Source: Candidatus Nomurabacteria bacterium RIFCSPHIGHO2_02_FULL_42_19
GTDB taxonomy: Bacteria > Patescibacteriota > Minisyncoccia > Phycocordibacterales > UBA9973
Assembly: GCA_001785615.1 (NCBI GenBank)
Contig: MFUG01000005.1
Span: forward strand, 1-48,813
Reading direction: 5' to 3'
DNA: 48,813 nt
Of the stretch, positions 45,792-48,813 are shown one piece after another; the first letter of the stretch is position 1; each line of letters opens with the position of its first letter. The position numbers and the translations under genes were made by a program. Under the pieces are notes generated by a model, which saw only the letters and a program-made list of their open reading frames with translations, did no database searches and was not told where the DNA came from.

Positions 45792-46202
45792 TTATTTTCC
45801 TTGTATTAAAAATTTTTCTAACTGGTGAAGTTTGTTGCTATATGTAGTATCCAATACTTCGTCTCTGACCTCAACTCTCGCTCCGCCCAATAATTCTTCT
45901 TTTTCAAGAAATTCGCCCACTACAATCTGCGCCTTGTATTTTATTTTGATTTCATCTTCCAGCTTGCTTCTCTTCGGGTGCTCCATTCTCTTGGCGGTGG
46001 CAACTTTCATTCTAACAGTCCCTGTTTTTTTATCAAAAATATTTTGGAGAGCGTTCAGGACTTCCTCGGACTTGCCAAGCATGCGCTTGTTTTCAAGCAC
46101 CCGAACCGAACGCTTGAGTACGGCAGTCAAATCCTGTTTTGATTTGCCTTCTGTCGCTTTATACACCGCTTCTGCTATATTTTTTGGGGAAATTTTTGCC
46201 AT
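45792..46202 (-). CDS. atpH: F1 ATP synthase subunit delta (short, 136 aa)
   Basis: Called from its position between atpF and atpA and its OSCP-like C-terminus (LLGGARVEVRDEVLDTTYSNKL). Confidence 0.75.
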   Translation of the reverse strand: MAKISPKNIAEAVYKATEGKSKQDLTAVLKRSVRVLENKRMLGKSEEVLNALQNIFDKKTGTVRMKVATAKRMEHPKRSKLEDEIKIKYKAQIVVGEFLEKEELLGGARVEVRDEVLDTTYSNKLHQLEKFLIQGK

Positions 46203-46208
46203 AATTCG

Positions 46209-46664
46209 TTAATTTTTTTGATTTTTATCTTCCATAATTTTCTTGGCAGCCAGCATGGCAAGCGATACGAGTTCGCTTTTTGCTTCCTCGACTAAGGCCT
46301 TTTTATCGATTTCCATTTGCTCCGTTCTCTTCTTGGTCCATGCGTCGTTGTCTGCTTTTATCTTCTCTAGGTTTTTTTCTTTCAATCTTTCCAGGTCTTT
46401 TTGTAGTTCCGTTTGAGCATCTATCGATAGTTGTCTCAATTTAATTGTATTTTTTTCGTATTCTTCGGTGGCTTTTTGCAATAATTCATTGGACCTTTTC
46501 GCGTCATCCAGCCCTTTGGAAATTTCTCCCGTGCGGTCTTTCATTAATTTACTCAAGGGCTTGGCAGCGAGAAGATAAAATACCAAAAAAACCAGTCCGA
46601 AATTAACGGCTTGCGCCAGCATTAATTTCCAGTCAATGTGAAATGTTGCAATAAATTCATCCAT
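46209..46664 (-). CDS. atpF: Fo ATP synthase subunit b
   Basis: 151 aa with a single N-terminal TM helix, then a long charged helix. Confidence 0.8.
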   Translation of the reverse strand: MDEFIATFHIDWKLMLAQAVNFGLVFLVFYLLAAKPLSKLMKDRTGEISKGLDDAKRSNELLQKATEEYEKNTIKLRQLSIDAQTELQKDLERLKEKNLEKIKADNDAWTKKRTEQMEIDKKALVEEAKSELVSLAMLAAKKIMEDKNQKN

Positions 46665-46679
46665 TACTTCTTCAAAATG

Positions 46680-46931
<252 letters not shown>

Positions 46932-46976
46932 TTAAACTTATAATTTTTCGACTTATTAATAATTTTAATATTAATC

Positions 46977-47855
46977 TTAAACGCTGGCCAATTTTCCTTC
47001 ACTACGACTCCCCTCATGTTCCTCGTGATCCTGCGCTGCGATAGTGAAGTAAACCGTCGCTAATAAAGAAAATATCAAGGCCTGAATGAGTCCGATAAAT
47101 ACTTCCAGGAATAAAAACGGCCCGGGCAAAACATATAGAAATATCGCGGACATGGAAGCTAGTAGCACTTCCCCAGCAAAGATATTTCCAAAAAGTCGGA
47201 AAGAAAGCGAGGCCACTTTGGCCACCTCTCCGATAAGCTCGAGCAATCCTACGAAAACATTTATCGGCGCAACAATGAGCACCGCCGGATCCTTGCGAAC
47301 TTTCATCACTATCGAACCCAGCGCTTTGATATTAACATATTTATTAAAAGTTTTCCATAAACCAACAATTAAAATTCCGAAAATATTTGAGCCGATGACA
47401 ATCATAATGCTCAAGGAGAGGGTGGTGTTGACGTCCGCCGTGCCAGCGCGGAAAAGCGGTATAAAAAGGGAATGCCCTTCCTTGAGCGCCGTAAATCCGA
47501 CAGAGCCGACCATCGGCAGCAGCCCCAGCCAGTTATTTATCAATATAAAAACAAAAAGAGGTAGCACAAGTGGAAGAATTCTCAGAGAAAGCTTGCGGTC
47601 ATTAGTCACCTGATCGCAAAGTGAAAGCGCTCCTTCAAGCAGTATTTCAAAAACATGCTGGATTTTCCCAGGAATTTTTTTTAGTCGGAGCCGAAGTATT
47701 ATGCAAAATATTATTATTATAAAGACCGCCAGCCAGGAGGTCAGCAGTGAATTTGTAATATTGAATCCACCAGCTGGCGGACCGATATGAAAAACTGGTT
47801 CAGCAAAAATAGTTACCTCGTGAGTTATATTATTTTGTGTTGTATTATTTTCCAT
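46977..47855 (-). CDS. atpB: Fo ATP synthase subunit a
   Basis: 292 aa, multi-TM, with the LSFRLFGNIFAGE arginine motif. Confidence 0.92.
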   Translation of the reverse strand: MENNTTQNNITHEVTIFAEPVFHIGPPAGGFNITNSLLTSWLAVFIIIIFCIILRLRLKKIPGKIQHVFEILLEGALSLCDQVTNDRKLSLRILPLVLPLFVFILINNWLGLLPMVGSVGFTALKEGHSLFIPLFRAGTADVNTTLSLSIMIVIGSNIFGILIVGLWKTFNKYVNIKALGSIVMKVRKDPAVLIVAPINVFVGLLELIGEVAKVASLSFRLFGNIFAGEVLLASMSAIFLYVLPGPFLFLEVFIGLIQALIFSLLATVYFTIAAQDHEEHEGSRSEGKLASV

Positions 47856-48096
47856 CTTTTTCTTGCCCGTCTGTATCCTCAGGCGAAGGCGGGTCTAAGT
47901 CCTTTTTATATTGTCTTATTTCGCGGTAAATCCCGAAGCAAGTAACACAAAATCCCGCAAGCATTATGAGGAAAAAGAGTGCCTGGCTTCCGGTAAAACT
48001 TCCTACATATTTTCCCAATAAAACACCTAAGACCAAAGGAAATATTATCCAAGATGTCGTCTTGGTATAAAAAATGATTACTGGTTTCCAGTCCAC
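47845..48096 (-). CDS. small membrane protein at the head of the atp operon (AtpI/AtpZ-like)
   Basis: 83 aa with 2 TM helices and a GTG start at 48096, 6 nt after a TACAAT -10. It overlaps the atpB start. Confidence 0.45.
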   Translation of the reverse strand: MDWKPVIIFYTKTTSWIIFPLVLGVLLGKYVGSFTGSQALFFLIMLAGFCVTCFGIYREIRQYKKDLDPPSPEDTDGQEKDGK

Positions 48097-48102
48097 CCCT
48101 AC

Positions 48103-48131
48103 ATTGTAAATGAAAAATATATCGGATGCAA
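48103..48131 (-). promoter_or_regulatory. atp operon promoter (TTGCAT-17-TACAAT), leaderless spacing
   Basis: The -35 is at 48131-48126 and the -10 at 48108-48103. The GTG start is at 48096. Confidence 0.6.
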
Positions 48132-48140
48132 ATTGGTTTT

Positions 48141-48172
48141 ATACGTATTCGTATACGTATATATATACGTAT
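48141..48172. repeat. three phased copies of the 8-bp palindrome ATACGTAT (12-bp period)
   Basis: Copies at 48141-48148, 48153-48160 and 48165-48172, directly upstream of the atp -35. Confidence 0.85.
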
Positions 48173-48272
48173 AATTAACAATACCACCAGAGGAGCAGTG
48201 GCTCGTGGTGGCATATTACTATCTCTCGCGGGCGGGGCATCTCTGAAACGAGCCCCGCGCCCTTGAAGTTTT

Positions 48273-48536
48273 TCACTTTTTCTTTTTAATAAGCCGAAGA
48301 AATAGTGCCGACCCGGTCCAATCGTCGTCTTCGACGTCAAGACCGTCTTCCGCCGCTTTTTTTTCAGCATAGCGACGGAATGAGTCGTCTGCCACCTTTA
48401 GATCTGGTGGCGCGTCAGACAGGTAATCCCCGCCGACGAAGTGACCGCTAAGGCGGCTCACTCTCACGTAGCTGATCCCACTACGAAAGTCCAGCATCAG
48501 CCGTTGCCCCGCATGAAGCTTCGTGGCAACTGTCAC
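48273..48536 (-). CDS. GC-rich orphan small protein (87 aa), island F
   Basis: GTG 48536 follows GGGAGG (48548-48543) with a 6-nt spacer. A TTGACA -35 is at 48582-48577. GC-rich hairpins lie downstream at 48229-48263 and 48184-48211. Confidence 0.5.
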   Translation of the reverse strand: MTVATKLHAGQRLMLDFRSGISYVRVSRLSGHFVGGDYLSDAPPDLKVADDSFRRYAEKKAAEDGLDVEDDDWTGSALFLRLIKKKK

Positions 48537-48813
48537 GGAACACCTCCCAAACTTAGAATATATTAAAAAATAAAAGTGTCAAATATGGTTTTGTGGCTAC
48601 AAATAATTCCTCCCCGTCGTTCGGAATTTTCGCAGCCCGCCCCTCGCGGTTTTGTGTGCTCACAAAACATCGCTGCGGTCCTCACAACTAAAAAAGTAAA
48701 ACGGATTACTTTTTCTTGACGTTGTGATCTAATTATATCCTTTGCGCGAAATTATTTCGAGAACCAAAGCAACTAATCGCACGCTCCGCGTGCCTCCTTT
48801 CTCGAAATCAATT

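Noticed and set aside
47906-48370. 154-aa minus-strand ORF spanning the atpI-like gene, the ATACGTAT array and part of island F.
   Set aside because: It crosses a promoter region and a low-complexity repeat (translated as IRIRIRI). It overlaps better-supported features and has no start context.
48585-48722. 45-aa plus-strand ORF, and a 35-aa minus-strand ORF (ATG at 48670, after GAGGA), in the terminal structured region.
   Set aside because: They are short, mutually overlapping, and cross hairpins and the island F promoter. The evidence is too weak to call.

Overview
This is an AT-rich, tightly packed bacterial housekeeping window, mostly on the minus strand. Hand counts on host 60-nt lines give roughly 23-48% GC. 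The style fits a streamlined, possibly CPR/Patescibacteria-like genome, but that taxonomic placement is only an inference. The genetic code looks standard: TGA is used as a stop, tRNA-Trp has a CCA anticodon, and long ORFs are uninterrupted.

Recognisable content:
- A purine operon (purE, purD, purN, purF, purQ and a fused purS-purL), followed by purA and guaB.
- A decaying oxidative pentose-phosphate cluster: a compact zwf, a gnd stub and pgl.
- dnaX, dus, an ftsQ-like gene, serS, dprA, topA, a short Rel/SpoT homolog and parB.
- murA, miaA, dedA, rpmG, murI, ddl, an M24 peptidase, a large Cys-rich protein, rseP, frr, holB, mreB and rsmI.
- A RelE-type toxin-antitoxin pair and a complete F1Fo ATP synthase operon.
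- tRNA-Gln(UUG), tRNA-Leu(CAA) and tRNA-Trp(CCA).

Three layers are not explained by ordinary annotation:
1. Six GC-rich single-gene cassettes (hand counts 52-57% GC in the two I counted) sit in intergenic gaps. Each has a strong Shine-Dalgarno sequence and usually its own promoter and stem-loop terminator. They encode an orphan ParB-like protein of 471 aa and five unassignable small proteins of 49-96 aa. One small ORF is preceded by a multi-helix leader of about 180 nt.
2. Host genes lack Shine-Dalgarno sequences. They repeatedly show a TATAAT-like box followed by 6 nt and the start codon, which is a leaderless architecture.
3. Small GC-rich hairpin elements are embedded in-frame in housekeeping genes (holB, atpD, topA, possibly guaB, miaA and atpB). 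One of them recurs in an atp intercistronic spacer. This resembles Rickettsia palindromic elements.

I ran no similarity searches or folding programs. Family calls rest on motifs read by eye, and all structure and GC statements are hand-derived.
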